Positions 47,690 to 57,312 of a DNA stretch of 64,000 bases are shown piece by piece. The position numbers were made by a program, and so were the translations under genes. The stretch is from Ostreococcus lucimarinus (Eukaryota). The stretch lies in the NCBI GenBank assembly GCA_000092065.1, contig CP000581.1. One strand, 5' to 3'. Position 1 is the stretch's first letter; each line of letters begins with the position of its first letter. The notes under the pieces are model-generated. The model saw nothing but the letters and a program-made list of their open reading frames with translations, ran no database searches and was not told the DNA's origin.

Positions 47690-50600
47690 TTACTTTTTCG
47701 GGGAAGTCGCCTCATCGACGAGGTACACCAACCCGCGGAAGGGGACGCCGTCCGCGTGGTTGGAGAGGTTCACTTCGCACGTGCGGCTAGTGGAGTAGCC
47801 ATCGGTACAACCCTTAGGGAGGTTCATGTAGCCCAAGGCAGAGTCGGTGATTTCGGGGTATCGCATACCGCGATCACCAGCCATACCGCAACACGGGATA
47901 CCGGAGCCGGAGACCTCGTCGGCGCACTTGCTCGCCAACTTCATAAAGGTTTGCTCGACGCCCATCTTCTTCGACGAGCACGGCACGTGCACGGCGATGT
48001 GCTTCTTCACCTTGTTCCATTCGAGCTTATCGATAAGGTGGTTGGCGATGAACTCAGACGGCTCGTAAAGCGCGAAACGAAGCTCAGGGCTTTCGAGTTG
48101 CTCCTTGATCTGCGCCAAGCACGGAGACGTGTCGACAATGATCGGGTACTTGCCCCCTTCGGAAGCCTTCAAGAGCGCTTGCTCGAGATCGTAACCCTTA
48201 GCTAAAGATTGGTCCTTGAGACCACGAGAGTTGAAGATCATCCCGCAGCATTGGGAGTTGAGACCTTCGGGGTAAACAACTTCGTACTTGGCCTTATCCA
48301 AGATGCTCATCATCGCGTCGGCAACGCCGCCGTTCGCTTCTTCGCCCTTCACCGGACCCATCATGCGAGTCACGCACGACGGCAAGTAAACCACCTTGCG
48401 AGGAATACCCTTGGACGGTGCCGCGTCGGCACGCGCCGGAAGCGGCGCCGGAAGCTTGGGAGCACCAGTGGGCATGTACGGGTTCCAAACCGGAATCATG
48501 GCGCCCGAAGCCTTGTTCAACATCTTCGAGACGCCCTTCAACACACCTTCACCGAGGATACCGTGCGCCATAGAGACCGTGTTCAAGAGCGGCGGCACCA
48601 CAGACGTGGCGGCACCAAAGTTGCGCGCGACCATGCCAGCCATGGACTTGGCCGATCGCGCGGTTTCCATCTCGCGGTTGCGGATGCTCTTGACGAGCTC
48701 GCCGGTGTTGATGCCAACCGGGCACTTCACTTCACACATACCATCAGCTGCGCACGTGCTGTTACCAGCGTACGCGAAGATGTCAAGGAATTCGTCCAAT
48801 CGGCTCTGGTCTTCCTTCGTGCGAGTGTTCGGTTCAATCGCCTGGAGGCGAGAGATTTCGCGGTACACGGTGATGCGCTGTCGCGGCGTGAGCGAGACGT
48901 CGCGAGTCGGGCAGTTGGATTCGCAGAAGCCACACTCCATGCACATGTCGACGATGGGATCGGCGACCGGCTTGGGCTTGAGGTTCTTCTCGTGCACGTG
49001 CGGATCTCTGTTGAGGATGACACCCGGGTTCAACACGTAGTTCGGGTCGAAGAGCTCCTTCAACTCCCACATGATGTCGTACGCCTTGGTACCCCACTCC
49101 ATCTCCACGAACGGCGCAACGTTACGACCGGTACCGTGCTCAGCCTTGAGGCTGCCCTGGTACTTGACGGCGACGATTTCGCACATCTCTTGCATCATCG
49201 CCGAGTACATCTTGACTTCTTCGTCGGTTCGGAAACCTTGAGAGAAAACCAAGTGCAAGTTGCCCTCCAGGGCGTGACCCATGCAAGACGCATCGTCGTA
49301 TCCAAACTTTTCAAACATGGCGATCAAGTCTTTCGTCATGTTACCGAGCTTGTCGACTTCGCACGCGACGTCTTCGATGAGCACAGACGTACCGGCTTCG
49401 CGGCTGGAACCGACCATCGGGATGAGACCCTTGCGGACGTCCCAGTACACCTTGTAAACGTCTTCCTCCTTGCTGAAGGGGTACTTTTCCGTGCGCGGGT
49501 GCAAGAATCGCACACCAGCGTTGTCGATGGACTTCTCGACGGCAGAGATACCTTTGTTCAGCTCTTCATCCGTCGCACCTCGGCACTCGATGAGAAGCGC
49601 GGCGCCGTACTTGGGCGCCTCCTTAATCGTCGGCACCAAGTTCATGATCTTTTCGTGACCTTCGCACTGCGTCAGCGAGGCACGATCGAACAACTCGACG
49701 GCATCGACGTCGGTTTCCCGACGTAACACGGCCGCAGCCTTGCACGCATCCTCGACGTCTTGGAACACGATGAACGCGCTCGCCTTGTGCGGGTGGTCGA
49801 CGACGGTCTTGTACGTCGCCTGGCTCACGAAACCGAGCGTACCTTCGCTGCCAATCATCAAACGCTTGATGATTTCGATCGGGTCGTCCACCGGGTGATC
49901 CACCAAGGCGTTGATGGAGTAACCAGTGGTGCACTTGATGGCGAACTTCTTCTTGATGAGCGCGGTGAGCTCCTCGTCCGCTTGCACGCGGCGCGCGAGC
50001 GCTTGCACACCCTCGACGAGCGGCTTGTGCGTGCGCATGAAAGATTCGCGGCTGGCTTGGTCGGACGTGTCGAGAACGGTACCGTCGACGAAGACGATGC
50101 GCATGTCCTTGAGCGTGTGGTAGGTGTTTTGAGACACGCCGCAGCACATGCCCGAGGAGTTGTTCGCGACGACGCCGCCAATCATGCACGAGTCGATGGA
50201 CGACGGATCGGGACCCATCTTGTACTGAACGTCGTGACCACCCTTGATTTTGTGTGCTTGAAGTAATCGGTTGACTTCACCCAAAATCAATCCCGGTTCG
50301 ACGGTAATTTCGCTCCCGTCCCCCTTGATTTCGTACTTTCTGAAATTCTGCCCCGTGTGCGACAGCTTGAGCAAGATGGAGTCCGACACCGCTTGACCCG
50401 AGAGCGAGGTCCCGGCGGCTCGGAAAGTCACCGGCGTTTCATTTTCTGCCGCGACGGGCAAAACCTTCTTCACCTCGGTCTCGTTGTGGATCTTCACCAC
50501 CGCCTGCGGCAGGAGACGATAAAACGAGGCGTCCGTCCCGTACGCGAACGTCTTCACCGGATCGGTGTAAATGCGTTCCTCGGGAATGATGCTCTTGATG

Positions 50601-51103
50601 TCGTTCTGAAACTTGGTATATCTCCCATCGTTCACCCGCATGCCGTCCGCGTTCTCGTACACCTTGTTCGTCAACGGCTTCACCGGGTACACCCCCGTCT
50701 CCACCGTCCCCGCGAGCCCGTAATCGATCGATTTGACCGTCGTCGCCGCCGCCGGCGACGCCTTCGCCCGCGCCGTCTCCCGTCCCGGCGCGCGCAGCGC
50801 ACCATTCACCGGCTTCGCGTCGCCTCGCACGCCTCGTCGCGCGTGCACCGACCGCTTCGCATCGCTCGTCTTCATTCGCCGCGACGTCGGCATGACGCCC
50901 CCTGTGCTTCGCGTCGTCGCGCGATCGACGCCCGTCTTCACCGTCGCCGACGTGCTCGCGCCGAGCGCTTTCGCACCGCGCGCGATGACATCGCGCACGA
51001 CGTCGTGCCGTCGTCCCATCGCGGAGAACCCGTCACCACTCGCGCGCGCGCGTCGCGCGATGCCGCGCCCGTCGGCGTCGTCGCGTCGCCGTCGCGACGT
51101 CAT
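47690..51103 (-). CDS. Glycolate dehydrogenase-type FAD-linked oxidase / Fe-S (GlcD-GlcF-like fusion; D-lactate/D-2-hydroxyacid dehydrogenase family)
   Basis: 1137 aa: PCMH-type FAD-binding domain (...VTFRAAGTSLSGQAV...), FAD-oxidase C-terminal domain (KYQGSLKAEHGTGRNVAPF), 2 x CxxCxxCxxxCP ferredoxin motifs (CMECGFCESNCP; CEVKCPVGI), then two CCG cysteine-rich domains. This architecture is the one described for chlorophyte glycolate dehydrogenase. N-terminus is presequence-like. Confidence 0.7.
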   Translation of the reverse strand: MTSRRRRDDADGRGIARRARASGDGFSAMGRRHDVVRDVIARGAKALGASTSATVKTGVDRATTRSTGGVMPTSRRMKTSDAKRSVHARRGVRGDAKPVNGALRAPGRETARAKASPAAATTVKSIDYGLAGTVETGVYPVKPLTNKVYENADGMRVNDGRYTKFQNDIKSIIPEERIYTDPVKTFAYGTDASFYRLLPQAVVKIHNETEVKKVLPVAAENETPVTFRAAGTSLSGQAVSDSILLKLSHTGQNFRKYEIKGDGSEITVEPGLILGEVNRLLQAHKIKGGHDVQYKMGPDPSSIDSCMIGGVVANNSSGMCCGVSQNTYHTLKDMRIVFVDGTVLDTSDQASRESFMRTHKPLVEGVQALARRVQADEELTALIKKKFAIKCTTGYSINALVDHPVDDPIEIIKRLMIGSEGTLGFVSQATYKTVVDHPHKASAFIVFQDVEDACKAAAVLRRETDVDAVELFDRASLTQCEGHEKIMNLVPTIKEAPKYGAALLIECRGATDEELNKGISAVEKSIDNAGVRFLHPRTEKYPFSKEEDVYKVYWDVRKGLIPMVGSSREAGTSVLIEDVACEVDKLGNMTKDLIAMFEKFGYDDASCMGHALEGNLHLVFSQGFRTDEEVKMYSAMMQEMCEIVAVKYQGSLKAEHGTGRNVAPFVEMEWGTKAYDIMWELKELFDPNYVLNPGVILNRDPHVHEKNLKPKPVADPIVDMCMECGFCESNCPTRDVSLTPRQRITVYREISRLQAIEPNTRTKEDQSRLDEFLDIFAYAGNSTCAADGMCEVKCPVGINTGELVKSIRNREMETARSAKSMAGMVARNFGAATSVVPPLLNTVSMAHGILGEGVLKGVSKMLNKASGAMIPVWNPYMPTGAPKLPAPLPARADAAPSKGIPRKVVYLPSCVTRMMGPVKGEEANGGVADAMMSILDKAKYEVVYPEGLNSQCCGMIFNSRGLKDQSLAKGYDLEQALLKASEGGKYPIIVDTSPCLAQIKEQLESPELRFALYEPSEFIANHLIDKLEWNKVKKHIAVHVPCSSKKMGVEQTFMKLASKCADEVSGSGIPCCGMAGDRGMRYPEITDSALGYMNLPKGCTDGYSTSRTCEVNLSNHADGVPFRGLVYLVDEATSPKK

Positions 51104-51384
51104 CGCGCGCGCGATGGGTCGATCGCGGCGCGCGAACCTCGATCGCGCGGGTCGATCTCGATCGCGCGCGTTATCGGAACGGAAGGCCCCCTATCGTCGA
51201 AATCCGCGCGCGATCGCGCGTATTCTACGTGTAACGAACGGGATTAAAATCAATGCGTCATGCGCGTAATCATGCACGACGATAAAACCGCGCGGCGCGG
51301 GATCGGGCGGTCGGTCGCCGCGCGCGACTCCACGCGCGCGCGCGCGCGACGCCGCACTCTTCGCATCCGACGACTATCGACACG

Positions 51385-52957
51385 ATGCTCGCCTCCGCTT
51401 CCACGTTCACCGGCGTCAAGGTCGTCGCGAAGGCGACCGCCAAGACGACCGTCGCCAAGCGCGCCGCGTGCGTGACGCGCGCGGGGCAATACGACGATGA
51501 ATTGCTCGAGACCGCGGTGCGCGCGACGACGCGACGCGACGCGACGCGGGACGACGCGATGACGCGGTGATGCGCGCGCGACGCGCGCGGGAATCCGGCG
51601 ATGCGCGCGGGAGTTGGGATGGAAAATATTTTCGCGTCGAACGCGCGCGGGCGCGGCGGTCGGGGGGGGCGCGCGCGTCGGGGGGGGGCGACGGCGCGAC
51701 GGCGCGAGATCGGATAGGGTTGTTCGGGCGAGGGTGATAATCCATCAATCCATCGATCGAAACGACTCGCGTCGCGACGGAATCGATCGAACGCGGTGAC
51801 TGACGAGGATGGAAACGCGATTCGCGACGCGCGCAGACCAACATGACCAAGCCGGGTAAGGGTATCCTCGCCATGGACGAGTCCAACGCCACGTGCGGTA
51901 CCCGACTCGAAGGCGTCGGGGTCGAAAACACCGAAGAAAACCGCCGCCGCTACCGCGAGTTGCTCATCAGCACCAAGGGTATGGGCGAATACGTCGGCGG
52001 TGCGATTCTCTTCGAAGAAACCTTGTACCAATCTTGCAAGGATGGCACCTCGTTCGTCGACGCGCTCCGCAAGGAAGGCATGTACCCGGGTATCAAGGTT
52101 GACAAGGGCCTCCGGCCGCTCGCCAACTCCAACGGCGAGTCTTGGTGCCAAGGTCTCGACGGCCTCGCCGAACGCGCGGCTGAGTACTACAAGCAAGGCG
52201 CGCGCTTCTGCAAGTGGCGCTCCGTCGTCTCCATCCCGGCCGGTCCGTCCAAGATCGCCGTGACGGACTGCGCTTACGGCCTCGCCCGCTACGCGGCCAT
52301 CTGCCAAAACGCCGGTCTCGTCCCGATCGTCGAACCGGAGATCCTCCTCGACGGTGACCACGACATCGACCGCAACTTCGAAGTCGCCTCCATGGTTTGG
52401 GCGGAGACCTTCAAGTACTTGGCCGACAACAACGTCAAGTTCGACCGCATGCTCTTGAAGCCGTCCATGGTTGCCCCGGGCGCCGACTGCACGAAGAAGT
52501 CCAACGCCAAGGAAGTCGCCGCGTACACCTTGAAGATGCTCAACTCCCGAGTCCCGCCGGAAACCGCGGGCATCATGTTCTTGTCCGGTGGCTTGTCCGA
52601 GTTGGACTCCACCATGTACTTGAACGCCATGAACCAGCAACCGAACCCGTGGCACGTGTCTTTCTCGTACGCGCGGGCTCTTCAAAACTCGGTACGTATT
52701 TTTTTTTGTGAGCGCCTCGTCACGCGTCTGAGAAGCGTCTGAGAATCGCGAGAATAACGCGTACTGACGACTGACGAACACTTATAACGCGCCAGGTTAT
52801 TAAAACGTGGGCGGGCGATGATTCTCGAACCGCGGAAGCGCAAGAAATCCTTCTCCGCCGCGCTCGCGAGAACTCTGAAGCGCAACGCGGCGTCTTCGAC
52901 GTGACGAAGTCGCAGACGGAAGGTTCTTCGATGTATGAGAAGGGCTACGTGTACTAA
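51385..52957 (+). CDS. FBA: Fructose-bisphosphate aldolase class I, plastid-targeted; join(51385..51516,51837..52691,52796..52957)
   Basis: Exon 2: TNMTKPGKGILAMDESNATCGTRLEGVGVENTEENRRRY... (class-I FBA, Schiff-base Lys region present). Exon 1 (small ORF 51385..) MLASASTFTGVKVVAKATAKTTVAKRAACVTRAGQYDDELLETA is a transit peptide ending in the conserved mature N-terminus (plant plastid FBA: ...YADELVKTAKTIASPGRGILAMDES). Exon 3 supplies the conserved C-terminus VIKTWAGDDSRTAEAQEILLRRARENSEAQRGVFDV...YEKGYVY*, whereas the ORF-track tail VRIFFCERLV is intronic. Confidence 0.85.
51517..51836 (+). other. intron 1 (aldolase), 320 nt, phase 0, separates transit peptide from mature protein
   Basis: Donor GTGCGC after GAGACCGCG; branch GGTGACTGACGAGG about 30 nt upstream of acceptor CGCGCAG|ACCAACATG. 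Confidence 0.75.
52692..52795 (+). other. intron 2 (aldolase), 104 nt, phase 0
   Basis: Donor GTACGT after ...CAAAACTCG; T-rich tract; branch GTACTGACGACTGACGAAC; acceptor CGCCAG|GTTATTAAAACGTGG. Confidence 0.8.
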
Positions 52958-53156
52958 ATCAGTACGCTACGCGCTTCCTCGTCGAGCCACTCGTTTCAAT
53001 GAAATCTTCTTTACATGAATTACATCAACCTTCCCTCGCACGACTCAAAACCGAAACGACAACTGCGAGCTGAAAGCTGTTCAGCTCACAGTTGTCCCGC
53101 GTATCTCCACCCAGACCTCGCCACAGCGCGCCGCGTCGCGCGCGACGACCCGTCTC

Positions 53157-56100
53157 ATGCGGTCGAACGTCGCGCTCCGAGCGTCCACGACGTCCGCGCA
53201 CCGATGGTCTCGCTTTTCGTCGTCGCCGTCGTCCACGAGACGTCGCCAACATCAGCGCCAACATCACCATCTTGATGTCCAACACCGTCCTTCTCGTCCC
53301 GTTCGCGTCGCCGCCGCGCCCGCGGAGAAGCCGACGGTCGAAGAAGACACCGCGCGCGTGCTTCGCGTGCGATATCACCGCAAAGATGGCGCGTACGCGC
53401 GATGGGGCGCACACGTTTGGGGACGCGGCGCGGCGTCGCCGACGCCATGGGACGCGCCGCTTGCGGCGACGACGGATGACGCGTCGGAATGGGTGACCTT
53501 TGACGTCGAGCTCTCGGATATCTCTCGCGGTGATGGATCGGTGAGCGTGCTGATTCATAAGGGCGAGGCGCAAGACTGTCGAGTAGAGGATTTCGACGCG
53601 ACGGCGGCGCCAGAGGTGTTTTTGGTGAGCGGATATTCGAGCGCGTTCGAGACGGAGCCCGATTTGACGTCGTTGCCGAAAGGAGACATAGAAAAGTATC
53701 GCGCGATCTGGGTCGCCGAGCGCGTGATCGCGGTGCCGGGGGATTTCGCGAACGATGGGGACTCGTTCACGCTCGTGAGCTCGTCCACGGCGGATTTGAA
53801 AGTCACGGGCGAAGGCGTCGTCGGCGGCGACGACGTCGTCACCGTGGTTCGTTCGGGTGAGTTACCTTCGAGCGTGTGCGCAAAGTTTCCACACATCAAA
53901 GCTGCGGGCTATCGCGCGCTCGAAGTTCCTTCGAGCGTCAACGTGCGAGACGCGTTGAAGCGCCAAATCGCCGTAGCCGCGGTGGACGCCGCGGGTAAGC
54001 CGACGGATGCCACGGGCGTGCAGTTGCAAGGCGCGATCGATGATTTATTCGCTTACGATGGACCTCTCGGAGCGGAATTTGGAGTGAACGACAAAGTCAC
54101 GCTACGCGTGTGGGCGCCCACGGCCTTGAACGTCGCGTTGGCGTTGTTCGACGAACCCAGAGGAGAGGAGACGAGACGCGTCGTCGCGATGACGCGGGAC
54201 GAGACGTCGGGGGTGTGGAGTGCGACCGGTGACGATTTCAAGGATAAATATTACAATTTCGAAGTCACCGTATTCAACCCGACGACTGGGAAAGTGTCGA
54301 CGAACGTCGCGTCGGATCCGTACGCTCGGAGCCTCGCCGCCGACGGTCGCCGAGCGCACGTGTGCGACATTTCGCGAGACGACCTCAAACCCAAGGGATG
54401 GGAGACGTTTGAGAAGCCAAAGTTCACGCATCCCGTGGATTGTTCAATCTACGAGCTACACGTGCGAGATTTCAGCGCGTTGGATGAAACCGTGAGCGCT
54501 TCTGCGCGAGGCAAGTATTTAGCGTTCTGCGAAGAATCGAGCGTGTGCGTGTCCCATCTCAAAAAGCTCGCCGACGCCGGTCTCACGCACGTGCACCTGT
54601 TGCCGTCTTACGACTTTGGTTCCGTGCCCGAGCTCCCAGAAAATCAGCTGTCGGTAGACTTCAAAGAGTTGGCCAAATTACCACCGAATTCTCGAAAGCA
54701 ACAAGAAGAAATCAGTAAAATTGCATGGTCTGATTGCTTCAACTGGGGATACGACCCCGTGCACTACGGCGTGCCCGAAGGCAGTTACGCCACCAATCCA
54801 GACGGTCCCCGGCGCATTTTCGAGTACCGCCAGATGGTGCATGCGCTCGCCTCGAACGGATTACGCGTCATATGTGATGTGGTGTATAATCACACCTTGT
54901 CGTCCGGACCGAGTGACGTCAACAGCGTCTTGGATAAAATTGTCCCGGGGTACTACCATCGACGCAACTTTGACGGATTCATCGAGGCGAGCACGTGTTG
55001 CAACAACACGGCCAGCGAGCATTACATGATGGATCGTCTCATTGTGGACGATCTCGTGCACTGGGCGAAAGATTATAAGGTTGATGGATTCCGATTTGAT
55101 TTAATGGGGCACTTGATGCTGTCCACGATGCTTCGAGCGAAGGACGCGCTCCAATCGTTGACGCTCGAGAAGGATGGTGTCGATGGTAAATCACTGTACC
55201 TGTACGGAGAAGGATGGGATTACGCCGAGGTGGAAAAAGGTCGCGTCGGCAAGAATGCATCGCAGCTAAATTTGGCTCACACTGGTATCGGAAGCTTTAA
55301 CGACCGCGTCCGCGAGGGTTGCATCGGAGGCAGTCCCTTTGGCGATCCTCGCATGCAAGGTTTCCTCACGGGCTTGTACTACACCCCCAACGGCGCCGTC
55401 GATCAAGGAGACCAAGACTCCCAACGCTATAGAATGATGGAGGACGGCGAGAAGATAATCGCCGCGCTCGCTGGAAACGTCCGTGATTTTGTCTTTGTCA
55501 ATCGCCACGGCGTCGAGGTTCCGTCGAGTTCGGCGGCTTGGCCAGACTCAAACGTTGCCTACGCGGGCGAACCGGAAGAAACGGTGAACTACGTCAGCGC
55601 GCACGATAACGAAACCCTATTCGATTGCATCATGTTAAGAGCGGCGGCGTCTGTGTCTCTGGAACAAAGGTGCCGAATCAATCATTTAGCGACGGCGATT
55701 GTGGCGTTGTCGCAAGGCGTGCCATTCTTCCACGCGGGCGACGAAATCTTACGGAGTAAATCTTTAGACCGAGACTCGTACTCCAGCGGTGACTGGTTCA
55801 ATAGGCTGGACTACTCTGGGGACACGCACAACTTCGGCGTCGGGTTGCCCGGGGAGCAAAAGAACGGCGATAGATACGACTTCATCACGCCCATGCTCGC
55901 CGATACGTCGATGCGCCCCTCGAAAGAGTTCATCGAAGAGGCGACGAGAAACTTTTGCGAACTTCTGAGCATCCGTCAATCGACGCCACTGTTGCGTCTT
56001 CAAACCACGCGAGACATTCAGCGTCGCATGAAGTTTTATAACCGCGGACCGGCGCAAACGCCTGGGCTCATCATCGCTAGTATCAACGACGGCGACGCGT

Positions 56101-56345
56101 CCACGCCTGGGTTACCATCGCTCGACGCGAACTACAAGCGCGTCGTGCTCGCGTTCAACGCCACTCCGAACGAAATTTCACATCACGAGGCTGGGCTTAA
56201 AGTTGATTTCGCTGGCGTCGATCTCGAATTACATCCGCTCGTCGGCGGCGTCACCGCGGACGCCGTCGCGATGAGGAGCGTCTTCATCGAAGGCGTTCCC
56301 ACGATTCCTCCGTACACGTGGACCGTGTTCGTACAGCATAGATAA
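53157..56345 (+). CDS. Pullulanase / limit dextrinase-type starch debranching enzyme (GH13), plastid presequence
   Basis: 1062 aa; CBM48/N-domain then the GH13 catalytic barrel with the typical pullulanase blocks YNWGYDPVHYGVPEGSYAT, GLRVICDVVYNHT, DGFRFDLMGH, YLYGEGWDY, YVSAHDNETLFD. N-terminus MRSNVALRASTTSAHRWSRFSSSPSS is cTP-like. Confidence 0.85.
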   Translation: MRSNVALRASTTSAHRWSRFSSSPSSTRRRQHQRQHHHLDVQHRPSRPVRVAAAPAEKPTVEEDTARVLRVRYHRKDGAYARWGAHVWGRGAASPTPWDAPLAATTDDASEWVTFDVELSDISRGDGSVSVLIHKGEAQDCRVEDFDATAAPEVFLVSGYSSAFETEPDLTSLPKGDIEKYRAIWVAERVIAVPGDFANDGDSFTLVSSSTADLKVTGEGVVGGDDVVTVVRSGELPSSVCAKFPHIKAAGYRALEVPSSVNVRDALKRQIAVAAVDAAGKPTDATGVQLQGAIDDLFAYDGPLGAEFGVNDKVTLRVWAPTALNVALALFDEPRGEETRRVVAMTRDETSGVWSATGDDFKDKYYNFEVTVFNPTTGKVSTNVASDPYARSLAADGRRAHVCDISRDDLKPKGWETFEKPKFTHPVDCSIYELHVRDFSALDETVSASARGKYLAFCEESSVCVSHLKKLADAGLTHVHLLPSYDFGSVPELPENQLSVDFKELAKLPPNSRKQQEEISKIAWSDCFNWGYDPVHYGVPEGSYATNPDGPRRIFEYRQMVHALASNGLRVICDVVYNHTLSSGPSDVNSVLDKIVPGYYHRRNFDGFIEASTCCNNTASEHYMMDRLIVDDLVHWAKDYKVDGFRFDLMGHLMLSTMLRAKDALQSLTLEKDGVDGKSLYLYGEGWDYAEVEKGRVGKNASQLNLAHTGIGSFNDRVREGCIGGSPFGDPRMQGFLTGLYYTPNGAVDQGDQDSQRYRMMEDGEKIIAALAGNVRDFVFVNRHGVEVPSSSAAWPDSNVAYAGEPEETVNYVSAHDNETLFDCIMLRAAASVSLEQRCRINHLATAIVALSQGVPFFHAGDEILRSKSLDRDSYSSGDWFNRLDYSGDTHNFGVGLPGEQKNGDRYDFITPMLADTSMRPSKEFIEEATRNFCELLSIRQSTPLLRLQTTRDIQRRMKFYNRGPAQTPGLIIASINDGDASTPGLPSLDANYKRVVLAFNATPNEISHHEAGLKVDFAGVDLELHPLVGGVTADAVAMRSVFIEGVPTIPPYTWTVFVQHR

Positions 56346-56424
56346 TATTAGCGTTATAGCTGCGGTAAGCTCAATTAGAGTCAAGCTGAGAAACAACTTT
56401 CTGACGCGCGTTCCTTTCCGGTCG

Positions 56425-57147
56425 TTACAATTGGAGATGTTTGCGCAAAAACGCGTCTACGCGCGACCACGCGAGCTCGACCGCGGACTCATCGAGCTTT
56501 GGAAACCCTTGCACTTTCTCTCGCTCCTCAAAGTTCGGATACGGTTGAGGCGTCGTGTTCATGAAGGCGTGCCCGACGTTTTCGTAAAAGTGTATCTCGC
56601 CCTGGCGAAGTCTCTCTCGCAATTTCTTCGCGCTGCCGGGATCCGAAAATCCAACCAAATTGTCCTTCTCCCCGAAGTGTCCTTGCACCGGAACCTCGAT
56701 CGCGCTCACATCGCACGCGTCGTCGCCCGGAATCCCGTAAAACGGCACCGCGCAATCCACGCTCGCCTTTGCCGCGGCGATGAGCGTCAGCGCGCCGCCC
56801 ATGCAGAATCCCACGACGCCCACTCTTTCCGCCTTTCGCTCCGCCCGCAGCCACGCGGCCGCCTCGCGGATCTCTTCGGTCGCCACTTTCCAATCCATGT
56901 TCGTCATCAGGTGATGCGCTTCCTCGACGTCGACGCCGAGCTCGCCGCGGTACAAGTCAGGGACGAGCACCGTCACGCCCAGTTCGTCGCGCAATCGTCG
57001 AGCGTGCGCGAGGACGACGTCGTTGACGCCCCACCACTCCTGCAGGACGATCACCGCCGCGCGCGTCGACGCGGACGATGGCGCGGCGAGGACGCGGGCC
57101 CGCGCGCCGGCGGCGCCGAACGCGACATCCTCGAACGACGACGACAT
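56425..57147 (-). CDS. Dienelactone hydrolase family protein (carboxymethylenebutenolidase-like)
   Basis: AAVIVLQEWWGVNDVVLAHARRLRDELGVTVLVPDLYRGE...VGVVGFCMGGALT...H near C-terminus: DLH-fold catalytic triad arrangement (C/S-D-H). Confidence 0.75.
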   Translation of the reverse strand: MSSSFEDVAFGAAGARARVLAAPSSASTRAAVIVLQEWWGVNDVVLAHARRLRDELGVTVLVPDLYRGELGVDVEEAHHLMTNMDWKVATEEIREAAAWLRAERKAERVGVVGFCMGGALTLIAAAKASVDCAVPFYGIPGDDACDVSAIEVPVQGHFGEKDNLVGFSDPGSAKKLRERLRQGEIHFYENVGHAFMNTTPQPYPNFEEREKVQGFPKLDESAVELAWSRVDAFLRKHLQL

Positions 57148-57312
57148 CGTCGGGTTGTGTCGCGCGCGGCGCCGCTACGAAAAAATGAAACCAAGACACC
57201 AGGGACAATTACGGTACCGACTGCTCGACGAAAATCGGGCGCGCGCGGGCGCGCGGGCGCGACGGCGCAAAGTTACGGTTTCTTCGAGAGGTGGTTAACA
57301 ACCGACGCGGGC

